Positions 39,968-52,255 of a stretch of 64,000 nt of DNA are shown piece by piece. Source of the stretch: Zootoca vivipara (taxonomy: Eukaryota); NCBI RefSeq assembly GCF_963506605.1, contig NC_083276.1, positions 84,630,001 through 84,694,000 on the forward strand, written 5' to 3'. Position 1 is the stretch's first letter. Every line of letters starts with the position of its first letter. A program made the translations under genes and the position numbers. The notes beneath the pieces were generated by a model. That model did no database searches and was not told the DNA's origin. It worked only from the letters and a program-made list of their open reading frames with translations.

Positions 39968-40979
39968 TATATTTCTGCAACTCAAAATCAAACACATTGC
40001 CAACCTTAAAGAAGGAAAAATGCTTACTTCATTGACTTCTGAAGGTATTAGAATTCAGTGCTTCCTCATTGCCCCAACATAACAAATCCCCATTCCTAGC
40101 CATTAAAAGTATATACAGTCGTACCTCGGGTTGCGAACAACTCGGGTTGCGAACAACTCGGGTTACGAACTGCGCACCCCCGGAAGTGTTTTCGCCGCGC
40201 GTGCGTGCGCACAAGCGTCGAGCGCGCTTTGCGCATGCGCAAAGCATGAAAATAGCTAAAATAGCGCTTTGCGCATGCGCGAAACGGTGGTTCGGGCCCT
40301 TTTCGGGTTACGAACTTTTCGGGTTACGAACTGCGACCCAGAACGGATCGCGTTCGTAACCCAAGGTACCACTGTATAAGTATACTTGTGTTCATAATAG
40401 GTGACTCAGGATTCAATGCTGGCTTCTCTTTTCAAAACAGCACATACTCTTTTGCTATCTCATCCACACAACCCATTCATTCATTCATCCATTCTCCCCC
40501 TCCTCTCTGTCCTATACACACAATGTAGCCTCCCCCTTCCCTAGCTGCATTTAGGCCTCACGAAACCTTCCTACTGGAGCCAACAGAAGGGTTTCTCCAG
40601 CCTAAATAAGTATGGCGCAAAGGCATTTTTTGCAAGGGGGAAGATTAACTTTCCCCTCCCTAGCTGTGACTCTGGCTTGAAAAGAAATCAATTAGGCTTG
40701 AAAACGAATCCTATTGGCTTCGGTAGGAAAGTCTCTTGAAGACTAAATGTGATGCTGGGGATGAGGAGGGAAGAATGGAGGCTGTGAGCTAGACAGGGCA
40801 GCCTCAAGGCTGGCGGTTCCTCGGGCGAAATGAATGCTCTGAAGGCTGACTTACGCCATTTTAATGTCGTGATGCGTTGCACCCTGGGGAATGCCCAGGA
40901 CTTCATAATAGTCCTTGTCATCTTTTGTCTGTCCTGTTGAGAGACTTGGAGGGACACTGGGGTGTCTTGGCTGACCCAT
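32542..40979 (-). CDS. Divergent DNAJB2-derived J-domain protein (copy 3), ~641 aa, with long charged low-complexity C-terminus
   Basis: Exons 40979-40855 (125; MGQPRH...[22 protein letters not shown]), 39296-39187 (110; [36 protein letters not shown]), 37541-37491 (51; [17 protein letters not shown]) and 34181-32542 (1640) total 1926 nt in frame; AATAAA at 32494-32489. The join to the terminal exon is inferred from phase and position. Confidence 0.75.
34304..34439. mobile_element. 136-bp hAT-type MITE
   Basis: TSD ctgtagtc. Confidence 0.85.
37491..37541 (-). CDS. copy 3, coding exon 3 (divergent helix IV)
   Basis: 51 nt, tctgcctttcag acceptor and AAG|gtgagt donor, phase 1-1. Confidence 0.65.
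38739..38874. mobile_element. 136-bp hAT-type MITE
   Basis: TSD ctgtagac. Confidence 0.85.
39187..39296 (-). CDS. copy 3, HPD exon (absent from the ORF track)
   Basis: 110 nt, gaacag acceptor and gtaagg donor, [10 protein letters not shown]. Confidence 0.9.
39575..39807. mobile_element. Short MITE related to the 1351-bp elements
   Basis: ccctgtttcccc and gaaacacgg ends, TA flanks, shared tgtcttattttc/ataagcc subterminal motifs. Confidence 0.7.
39924..39964. repeat. (AT)n microsatellite
   Basis: Direct observation. Confidence 0.95.
40116..40374. mobile_element. Tigger/mariner-type MITE, CpG-rich (young)
   Basis: cagtcgtacctcgggtt and aacccaaggtaccactg TIRs, TA TSD. Confidence 0.8.
40855..40979 (-). 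CDS. copy 3, first coding exon with N-terminal extension
   Basis: DYYEVLGIP motif, gtaagt donor; nearest in-frame ATG at 40979; acceptor ttctattctgcag with exon start at 41017. Confidence 0.75.
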
Positions 40980-41356
40980 GCAGGGTAGAGACAGGGAGAT
41001 GCCGTAAATACCTGGCCCTGCAGAATAGAAAGCAGAACTAGGCGGAAAGAGCGGCCTTACTGTCTTGACATTAGTTTATAAACTATAAAACTAGCTTGGA
41101 TCTTGGATCAAAGCCAATTATTTTAATTGGTTTAAGTTTGTTTTTATGCGTGTGTTTTTAATTAAGAATTATTTGCATCAGATCGGACTGTTATAGGATG
41201 TGTGATCTTTGCTGTTTATCATAGCTATGGTTTTAAACTGCCTTGTGCATAGGAATGTAAAAAAGCGGTATACAAGTAAAATTAAAAAGCCATTGATTTA
41301 AACCTCAGCTGGGTGCATCTGAGAATTAGTCTTTGCCTTTCAGGGCCACATGCATT

Positions 41357-41550
41357 TAGGGTGGGGACTTCTGTGCCTTTAATTGCCCTGCTCTCTCTTG
41401 AGTCCGGAAACCTTAAAGAGAAACCAGCAGGCCCTTTGCTTGGAAATTAAACAAAGGGTCTGCTGGTTTCTCTAAGGTTTCCAGACTCAAAAGAGAGCAG
41501 GGCAATTAAAGGCACAGAAGTCCTGTCCTCTATTGAGTCTGGCAACCCTA
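41357..41550. repeat. Long inverted repeat (palindromic MITE)
   Basis: ~75-bp arms ggacttctgtgcctttaattgccctgctctct... and ...agagagcagggcaattaaaggcacagaagtcc; taggg/cccta ends. Confidence 0.75.
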
Positions 41551-42850
41551 CGTGCATTACTACAGGAAACACAGTAGAAACAGAGTATACATTTCAATCA
41601 GTATCATACCACTTCATAGCTACAATTTAGGAGTTCCCTGGGAAGAAGAATTGGTTGTAAAACCACTCTAGCAATTGAAGCTCTGTGAAGGGAATAGAGG
41701 TCTCTTAATTACTCTCAGCACCCTTAACAAACTACAGTTCCTAGGATTCTTTGGGAGAAGCCATAATGTTAAAGTGGTATATTAGTGCTGTAAATGTACG
41801 GTATGAGTGTGGCCTAAGAAATGACATAGTCCCTCAGAGGGTAAGTGCTGTGCTATAGTTTTCTTCACTGTCAAATTAGCCGCACATTTATAAGCAGCGA
41901 ATATTTTATGCCACCAGAGCAAGCAACAAGATGCTTACACTTCACTGAACTGAAATGTTGCTTTAAAACAGAGTTCTCTAGCTGATACCCTCCAAATGCT
42001 GATGAGTTCTAACTCAGTGGTCAGGGATGGGAATACTGGAGTCCAGCAACGTCCGGCGAGCACTAGCTGGTGGAAGGCTGCTTTAAAATGACCCTTTGAC
42101 ATGATTAGGGCCCAAGCCTATGCCATACTTGTGGGATAACCAGCCTCATATAACCAACATACATAAGTCTAATTAATGCATGAAGGAGTTAAGACCATAG
42201 AGTATAGAGTAAGCTGTCCTGCCAAGTTTAGTTCACTGTGGGAGGGACTAGGTAATCAAGCCTTTGTTCCCCTTCAGTCTTTCTGAGAAGCTCAGCGAGT
42301 GAAAAGGCTAACTTGGTTGCTACAGCTTAGCTGCATAGCTCTCACAAGCCACTCTTTGAGCTCCTATACCAATAATTTAGGAACTTTCACCTCTGTAACT
42401 GACAAGTTTTAATGCCTGTGCAACTTTTTCCCGAATGCTGGATGGGAAAAGTACATGAACCAGATCTTTGAAGAATTTGTAAGTAAACCAATCTTAACTT
42501 ACCAAACATGTGGTCTTTGGAAGTTTTGGAACTCACAAGGGCATATTTTAAAGGTCTGACAGGCTATACATCCACATTTCACTTTGCTGCATATTTTGTG
42601 ATTTTAAATCTCTGCTGTGGTTCTCTCACCAAAGAGTATTTGCCCAAAACGTAGAGCTTGGCATCCAGAAATTCTCCTTTTATACCTATTTTTTCCCCTT
42701 GAACCAACAATAGTTAGCACATCAGTGACCCTGGCCTTATGTATCAAAGGCAATTGTTTTCAGGTGGCATAAAATGAGCTAGTCAACCCAAGATGAAGGC
42801 TTGGTGAGTAGTTCCACTAAGTATCTGAACAGCTGAAACCCAGACCCTAC

Positions 42851-42986
42851 CTCACAGTCTCAAAGGATTTTTCCTGATGATTGACACATCCTTTGGTATC
42901 TTCATTTTCCATGTAGGCAGAGCCCTAGTCACTCAGAGCTGCTGCCCGGGGTAAGAAAAGAGGAGCTTGATTGTGATGTCAGGGGC
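42851..42986 (-). promoter_or_regulatory. copy 3 promoter module and probable 5'UTR exon
   Basis: gattgtgatgtcagggg identical to the copy 2 promoter (TGATGTCA at 42974); CCAAT position degenerate; candidate donor GAG|gtaggg with exon end at 42851. Confidence 0.55.
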
Positions 42987-45795
42987 TCTGCAACTTGCAC
43001 TCATGATTTGTGGTTGGCTGGCAACAGGCAGTAGGAAGTATGGTATAAGCTCCAGGGCATCCTGACTCTTAGGCAGAACCTCATAAATACGCACCAGCTG
43101 TAACAGCCCAAATAGACATGCCACAGCCCATAAATGAAATGGTGTAGCCTCCACATTTAAGCCTGCAATAAATTTGTCAACAACTCAGGTGGCTATCTAT
43201 CCATAGACCAATTCCAAGTAGCAAGATGCCATGGCAAAGATGGCGAGAAGCAGCGTTCATTGACTGATATTCATTTTGTAACCAATATAGTTATTCAGAA
43301 ATGTGATGGGGCTTAACTTCAAGCATTTTCAAACATGAACTTCATTAAATTCCAAAACTCAAAGCAACCTGGCAGCTAATTCACTTGAGAGTTGCCTGCA
43401 GATGTCAAAAACCAACCACGGCAGACATCGATCAATTTGCAAAGGATTCTCCAGCTCAGACATCCCACTGAAAGTGCATACATGTGTTTGTGTTTTAAAT
43501 CTGTTTAATAAATTCATGTTGTGAATATATTGTGTGTTTAATGAAATGTATTAAGTTTCTATTTAAATAGATATATTTAATTAAATTCATTAATAGTGCA
43601 TATTAAGATAATATTAACTATATTGTGAACACTTTAATTTATGATATGGAAATTTAATTCACTGTGTGGCCCCCAAGTTGCGTGTCACTCTTGCAGCCCA
43701 TTTGGTCTGAGAGGTTAGCATTAAATAGTCTTTTTTTAAAAAGGCAAGGCAAGGCAAAAGTAACCCATATAAAAATGCCTCAAACTACTTGGACACAGAG
43801 GTGGGGAGTGTGTCCCATGTAATCCATGTAACTGGTGCTGATAGGTACCTATTGCAGTTGTACAACAACCGTAAAACACAGTAGCGCTGCTGGTTGTAAT
43901 GGAGTTGCTAAAGAGGAGGAGAATCATATTTCACGGTCACCTCCAACAGTGGTTTGAGAGAGCTTCATTAACATGCAACCCTGAAATTCCAGATGCCCTC
44001 AAACTGATGCCAAAGTTTTGTGCCGTTTTGTGCTGCGAACCCCACGTTTTGTGCCACGGCCCCCAAATAAGTAATTGACAAAGCAAAATGGGGTCACAAG
44101 TTGATGCCAAAAAATCCAACCTTGTCCAGTCGACTCCAAACCAGTACCAAAAACCGGGGGCCACAAGGACACCCCAAAACCCAATCACATCCTATTGACT
44201 CCAAACTGGTACCAAAGTGGTGTGCTGGGTTTTGTGCTGCAAACCCTGCTTTCTGTACAGCCCCCCAAACTGAACAACTGACACTCAGACAAGAGTGTTC
44301 CTAACAAACAAGCTATTTCAGCTCTGATACTAATCCATTTCCTTAAGATACAGGTGATCCTGCTAAACCAGGAATTCCAGAAGGGAGCCACAAGGACCAG
44401 ACTCTGCCCCTCCAAATGCTGTTGAACTCCAACCTCAATCATCCTTGATTATGGATGGAAGGATCTGTCAAATTTCTTTCAGTTTCTCCTTTTTTCCAAT
44501 CTTAAAGTTGGTTTTGCACATTTCTACAGCAATCTTCGTTTAACTTTTGAAAATCCTCATAAAAATTTCTCTCAATGAACACATTTATGTATGCAGTTTC
44601 TCCCAGTACAATGCATTTCTGCATGTTATTTTCCCTAATATATTCTTTTTTTATGCACACTTTTTATCTAATATGGTACTATATGCATTTTTGTAAACAA
44701 TGTTTGGTGGGAGAAGTGTTGATTTTGATATGAGCAAATTTCAAAGGATGGTTGTGTTTTGGTTCTGATATTGTTTCAGAAAGTATATTTTTGATAAATT
44801 TGCCTTTAAATGAGAACTAAATCCAATTTCTTCCCATTCCTATACTTGACCCATGGGCTATGCTGGCTGGAGCTGTTGGAGTCCAACATCATATAGAGGC
44901 CCACAAGTTAGCCACTCTTTCTCTACACATTTTTGTGGACCATAGTAAACACCCTCTACAGAGACCAATGTCTCTTCATGTCCTGAATTATTGTTGTCTT
45001 TATTGCCATGGATAATGACTCTGGAAAACCCATAAAGTATCTGTAGGGTGCATGCTGCAATTGGCCAGACAGCATCAAAGCTGAAGAAAGTCAAGCAGCT
45101 AAAAACTGCCAGATAAAGGTTTGCTTGGAAAGTGACCTAGTGTGACCTCTTCTCAACATTGCCATTTAAAGAACTAGATCTGCGAATGAAGATGTATCAC
45201 ATCTCTGAGGCAGCCCCCACCACAAGGCTGTAGGCCCCAGAGCCAGAGAAATCTTGACCACACTGCATTCTTTTATCTTGAGGAACAAAAGTATCTCCTC
45301 CATGCCTGACCAGAAAAGAAAATGGAAATGAACATCACTGTTCCCAGCCTTTATTAAACAGCCCATTGCCCTTTGCTAACCTCCGTCCTAATGGATCCCA
45401 TAATTTTCAGTTCTCACTATACTGGTAAGCAAGTAGACTTAGAGGACATGTTTCTGCCTGAGTCTTCTTCAACCATAGTGGAGTCAATTGGTGACTTGTG
45501 AGAGTGAAGCTATTCCCTTCGGCAAGGGACTGTTTCTTCTCTGCCTGAGGGGTTGCATTCACTACTTCATTGCCCCCCCCCTCTTCCTTCTGCCCATCCC
45601 TCCTTGTTGTCATGATATGTTTCTTGGCAGCCAGCCTCTCCCCACTCAGCAGCTGCCTAGCTCCACCCAGGATCCATTTTTGCACCTACTTCTTCTTATC
45701 AGTGTCTTCAGTGTATTTGTATCAGGCACATGTGGCAACAAGTTCCTCCCGACTTGCCACCAATATATGGGATTTAATTCATGTGCATCGTGCTG

Positions 45796-46052
45796 CTAGA
45801 ACTCAGGGATATGGGATTCATCGTCATCCTCAGTCTGGAACTCATCATGAGACTCGCTGTCTGTGTCTTCTGCCGGGGACATATTTCCTGCTCTGTAGCC
45901 TTTATTCCTTTGGTTGGGGAACAGGCGCCTGATGGTGCGCACCTCATAGATGGGTTCAGAATCAGAGTCATCATGGTAGCTGAACTGAGGTGCGGACCTG
46001 TATCTGTTGGGCCCTCCAGCTTCTCTAATGGATGCTCTCTCAATGGGCACAC
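45796..46052 (-). CDS. copy 4, terminal exon
   Basis: ctttcttgcag acceptor; [11 protein letters not shown]...SEPIYEV...[10 protein letters not shown]-stop. Confidence 0.8.
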
Positions 46053-47813
46053 CTGCAAGAAAGGGCGAGACAGGTTAGACCAGAGCTTTTCAACCTTTTT
46101 GAGTCCACGGCTCTCTTAAACAACTACATTGAGTGTTCCCCAGCCGTCTCTCCTGTCCTGTCCTCTGGGCAGCTGTGCTCTGGGCAGGGGGGGGGGTGGC
46201 CCGCCCTGGGTGCCATGCAGGGGTGACATTGTGGCCGCCCCTGCCCCCTGAGATGCTTGCCACTCGCCGCACACACCCAGTCCTGCGCACCGCAAACCAC
46301 GCACGCCCCGGGACGCGGCCCACTTGCCGTGCACCCCCCCAGCATGTGGCACACACCCCGCGGGTGGTGCACCACGTCCCCCTGGGACACGTGCCATGCC
46401 CCCTGGGACGCACGTCAGCCATGCCCCTGGATGTACGCTGCTCCTGCAAATACTCCGCAGGCAGGTAGCTTCGCCACTGCCCAGGGCTGCTGCAATAAAC
46501 AGCTGTGAAAGCCTTTGGCAGGCAGAGATGTGAGAGAGCATCATAGGAAGAAAGGAAGGAAAGAGGGACAGAGGCCAGTGTTGCCTGCAGCACCCCTGAC
46601 CATCATCCAAGACACCCCAGGGTGCCACGGCACACTGGTTGAAAACCACTGGGTTAGATATATCAGCACCAAACAAAGTCAGTAGGATCGGACATCGCAT
46701 CCGTGAAACTGCAAGACTGTCTTGTCTGTGTCTCTCCACATAGCTTAAACCTGCTTTCCATAACATGCTGGCTGTGAGCACTGGGGCACCCACAGGACAT
46801 CTAACCCACACAGGACCTAAGGCTTTCTTAAAAAGTCCGTTCTCTACTTCTGAACCTTACCATTAACAATAACAGATTTAAGCTCTCCATCCTCTTCAAC
46901 TTCTACTCGCTCCTGTCCATCCTCAACAATCCTGGGAAGGAGAGAAATGCTGAATAAGTTACTCTGCCAGCAGAGGAGAAAACCAAACTCCTTCTGGGTT
47001 AATCAAATCCAATTGGCCTCCCATACCAGGGATGAGAAATGGGTACCCTCCAGATGATGCTGAACTACAACTCCCACCACCAGCAACAACCATTGGCCAT
47101 GTTGGCTGGGGCTGATGAGGATGGAGTCTAACAGCATCTGGAGGGCCACTGATTCTCCATCCCTGCCCTATAAGCTGACAACTGGTTGTAGGAAGAAGTG
47201 AACCTTGGTGGGAGAGTCAGCTGCTTTCACATCTAAGAAAGGTTTGTGTGACTAAAAACCTGGCTACATATGTGATGTTACTTTTCCCAGGTGCGGCCTA
47301 GAAAATGCCAATAAATGCTGTTATCATTTATAAGTGTAATTTATAAGTTTATACTATATTTTATGTACCTTTTTAATTATTATTTTATATTAAAATTAAT
47401 TTCAATGTATGTAACACTGCTCTAAAATAAAAATATTTGAATGTATGGTTAAATGGGTTGTACAAGAATTATGTATTAAAGTGAAACAGGTACATTGTTT
47501 TTTGTGTTTGTATGTCTCTCTCTCACACACACACCATAAACATCCTGTCTTCAAGAGCAGAAATCAAATCTGAACCTGGGTAGTTAATTAATATTTATAT
47601 CATTCCCTCTCAAAAGTTGTTAAATATATCTCTCACTCCAAAAACCAGCAGTTGCATAGTATTTAAAAAAAAACAAAAATGCACATAATTAATATGGCAG
47701 CCCTGTTTAGGGAGGCTTTTAATGTTAATAGATTATTTTATTTCATTTTTCTGTTGTAAGCCGCCCAGAGTGGCTGGGGAAACCCAGCCAGATGGGCGGG
47801 GTATAAATAATAA

Positions 47814-47852
<39 letters not shown>

Positions 47853-49467
47853 GTAAAGGTAAAGGGACCCCTGACCATTAGGTCCAGTCGTGACCGACTC
47901 TGGGGTTGCGGCACTCATCTCGCTCTGTTGGCCGAGGGAGCCGGCGTACAGCTTCCAGGTAATGTGGCCAGCATGACAAAGCCACTTCAAGCAAACCAGA
48001 GCAGCACACGGAAATGCCGTTTACCTTCCCGCCGGAGTGGTACTGGTACCTATTTATCTACTTGCACTTTGACGTGCCTTCGAACTGCTAGGTTGGCAGG
48101 GGCAGGGACCAAGCAACGGGAGCTCACCCCGTCGTGGGGATTCGAACCGCCGACCTTCTGATTGGCAAGTCCTAGGCTCTGTGGTTTAACCCACAGCGCC
48201 ACCCGTGTCCCTAATTAATATGGTCATGGTGGTCAAAAGGAAGAATTACAACAGTGAAATGTCAGATTTGAATTCTGCACTCTCCCAATTCACAGGCTAG
48301 GTTTATACAGCCCGTAAGTCTGTGGCGAGTGGTGGCTCCAGGTTCTGGTGACCCCTTGGGTGAGGGGGGCTCACTGAGGATCCCTCAGTGAGCCCCCCTC
48401 CTCACCAAGTCACTGTTGCCCACTTAGTTCTCTCCCTCTGGGCCCACCCTGATCATTTGTCCACAGCAGGGTTTCTAAAACTTGGTTCTCCAGTTGTTTT
48501 TTAACTACAACGCCCATCATCTCTAATTAGCAGGAACAGTGGTCAAGGCTTATGGGGAATTATAGTCTAAAAGTACCTAGAGACCCAAGTTTGGGAAACC
48601 ATGATGAAGAGGAAGCTGCTGTTCCATCTCCTTCCTCCTGTCACAGCATACTTGTAGAGCAGGGGTGTCAAACTCAAATTCATCGGGGGCCGCATCAGCA
48701 GTTTGGTCTCCCTCAAAGGGCCAGTTGTATCTGTAGGACTATGTGTCCACTCTTTATTATCATAAATTATTGTCACTGCATTCAATTATTACTGTTTTTT
48801 GTAATAATGTAAGTAATAACTAGCAGAAACATAGTCAGAATAATGGCAAGTAGATATTCAAATGTACAATTATTGTACAATTTATTGAAAAATGATTTTT
48901 GGTAACTGCACTGGGTGGTGGAGGCTCGCTAGGGTTTCATGCAGGACCTTTGCAGAGCTACTAGTACCTGGAGATGCTGGGGTCCTTCTGCATGCAGGAC
49001 AGATGTTCTGCCAGTGAGCCACCACCCTTCACCAAAGGGACTGGCTGAGGTTGACTCACTGGAGCTGCTCTCCTGGTTCCAGGGTTTAAGGGCCAGAAGT
49101 ATAAAGCAGCATNNNNNNNNNNNNNNNNNNNNNNNNNNNNNNNNNNNNNNNNNNNNNNNNNNNNNNNNNNNNNNNNNNNNNNNNNNNNNNNNNNNNNNNN
49201 NNNNNNNNNNNNNNNNNNNNNNNNNNNNNNNNNNNNNNNNNNNNNNNNNNNNNNNNNNNNNNNNNNNNNNNNNNNNNNNNNNNNNNNNNNNNNNNNNNAG
49301 AGAAAGAAGAGTAGGAAATAAGGAAGGGAATAAAGAAGGAAAGAAAAAGAAAGAGGGAGAGAAGACGGAAAGGGAGAAAGATGGAAGGAAGTAGAGGGAA
49401 AGAAAGAATAAGAATGAGGGAGAGGAAGAAAGTTGGGAAGGACGGAAGGACGGAAGGACGGAAGGAA

Positions 49468-49521
<54 letters not shown>

Positions 49522-51953
49522 AAAGAGGGAGCAGGAGGGAGAGAGGAAGGAAAGAGGTGAGAGAAAGAAGAGTAGGAAAGAAGGAATAAAGAAGGAAAGA
49601 AAAAGAAAGAGGGAGAGAAGACAGAGATAAAGAAGGAAGGAAGGAGAGGGAAAGAAAGAATAAGAACAAGAGAGAAGAAGGAAGAAAGGGAAGGGGAGGG
49701 TCGCCGCCTTGATTCAGCGCCAGAAAAGAGCGTGAAGGGACCCAGGGGCAAAAAGCATTTCCCCGGCCCCAGCTGTTTGTCGGCGCTTTGTTGGCGCGGC
49801 GCTTCAGCAGCAAGGTCCCACTGCTGGGTCCCGCTGGCTGGGGCGCTCGGGGGGCCACATGACGAGGTCTGGCGGGCCGGATTTGGCCCCCGGGCCTTGT
49901 GTTTGACACCCGTGTTGTAGAGGGTTTAGTGAACAGGCCACAATAGCAAGGAAGAGGAGCAAGCCTCAGTGGCTCCAGAGACTGGGCAATGGGCCCCCAG
50001 AAGAGATGTGGGCCTTGGTGGTAGCCCAATGATACCCTACCCTGACACCTGCCCTTGCTATGGCTTGCCCCTTCTCCTCCTCCTGCCACAACCCACAATA
50101 GATCTTCTTGTTCTCTTCCCTGAGTGCCAATGCTTGCCAGCATTTTATTTGTCCTATTCAAGTACCTTCAAGAACAGACTGACACACGGATACATGCCAA
50201 GTTGCTGTTCAAGGCACAGGAACAGTTCTATCGAGGAAACTGGTCACCCTAAGGAAGCCACCCTCACCTTTTGGTTGTGATCTGCTTGCCGTTGACGAAA
50301 TCAGTTGAGGAGGAGTAGAAGCAGAACCCATTTCCTCCACCAGCACATGCACCAAATGGCATTCCATCTCCTGAAAAACAAGATGGCAACATCAGGCCTC
50401 AGGTACTTGGGATGAGAGCCAAGAGATACGCAGGTGGGAACGCAGTATTGTCTACTGACCACCAGCAGCTCTCCATCTACTTTGGTGGAGTTTTCTACCA
50501 GCATGCCAGGAGCTCCTTTGGAGCAGGGGAATAAGCATCATCCCAAATAGAAAGGACCTCTCTGCTGGTAGATCAGCACTTACACTACTTCAGTGGACCT
50601 TCAGCTCTCCTGGGCCTGGCATTTGGAGTAGTTTTCCCATCAGGCAGTTTGAGACAGCTTGGGAAACATCCAGGAGAGAAAAAGCCATAGAAAGGGTGAA
50701 CCTTCCATCCTGGTAAACTGCATAGGGGCAAGACCCACTGGTGTTGCTGAGGCCACTAGGCCAAGTGTATGTTCATTTCCTTGAATAAAGAGTCAAATTC
50801 ACTGAAAACAGACACCTGATTACTGTATTTTAGTGCTGACCTGCCTCTGTCTCCAGCCTTGACAGCTGGTTACTTGGAGTGAGATTGATATTTTGCCTGG
50901 TTCTACCATTGGCCACCTCATGAGAAGAGAAGACTCCCTGGAAAAGACCCTGATGTTGGGAAAGATTGAGGGCACTAGGAGAAGGGGACGACAGAGGACG
51001 AGATGGTTGGACAGTGTTCTGGAAGCTACGAACATGAGTTTGACCAAACTGCGGGAGGCAGTGGAAGACAGGAGTGCCTGGCGTGCTCTGGTCCATGGGG
51101 TCACGAAGAGTCGGACACGACTAAACGACTAAACAACAACAACCATGTGTGTCTTGGCTCTCTTTCTTGAGTCACCTGAAACTATTTCTCCAGAAACACC
51201 TCTTATATAGCACCCCTTCTTTCCTTTGGCAGGTTGTAGGCCAGAGAGATTATGTGAGTTGACAGGCAGGGAATTAGACCAATTGACTTTTAGGTACCTT
51301 CCAGTCCTCTTGAGAGGAATCACCACTTACCAAAGAAAGGGTCCCGTCCTCCAAAGAAGTCCCTGAAGACATCATGGGCACTGCGGAAGTGGAACATATA
51401 ATCAGGGCTCACGTTGGTCCTAGCTGATGCCCCAGGTCTACCTGAAAATAGTTAAAAGGAAAGATATGTCAAAGCCAGGTACGCTGGATATTTGATGAGA
51501 TGATGGACCTGGAAGTTGTCAAAATAGTAATTCCTTCCCCCATAGCTAGGTGCCCTGGAACCAGAATGGAAAAACCCAGAAGGATGAAGATTGTTATAGG
51601 GCACGCATCTCCAAACTGTGGCCCTCCAGATGTTTTGGCCTACAACTCCCATGATCCCTAGCTAACAGGACCAGTGGTCAGGGAAGATGGGAATTGTAGT
51701 CCAAAACATCTGAAGGGCCAAAGTTTGGGGATGCCTGTTATAGGGCATTGCTGTATACAACCCGCTTTGAACCTCAGCAGATGAGCTCGCCATGAGCAAG
51801 TACAGTCAGGACAGTTTAATTTAATGTTGGAGTGGGGAACTTTTGTCCCTTCATATGTTGCTGAACTACAACTCCCCTAATCCTTGACCATATTTGCTAG
51901 GGGCGATGGTATCTGGAGTCTAACCAAGGGCTACAGGTTACCCATCCCTGATT

Positions 51954-52009
<56 letters not shown>

Positions 52010-52202
52010 TTATACCCCGCCCTCCCCAGTCAAAAACCAGGCTCAGGGCGGCTCACACCAACAAAACCACAATAAAACATAAAAACAATTAATTAAAATA
52101 CAGTATTAAAATTTAAAATGCAGTCTCATTTCAAGTAGTCCATAAATCCAGGCCATGGTATCTGGAGTCTAACCAAGGGCTACAGGTTACCCATCCCTGA
52201 TT

Positions 52203-52255
<53 letters not shown>

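Noticed and set aside
48929-50161. 410-aa and 221-aa ORFs
   Set aside because: They run through the N gap and a purine microsatellite
50584-50657. Candidate for the missing copy 4 exon (gtaagt donor at 50583)
   Set aside because: 74 nt, frameshifting, with an in-frame stop and no DNAJB2 similarity
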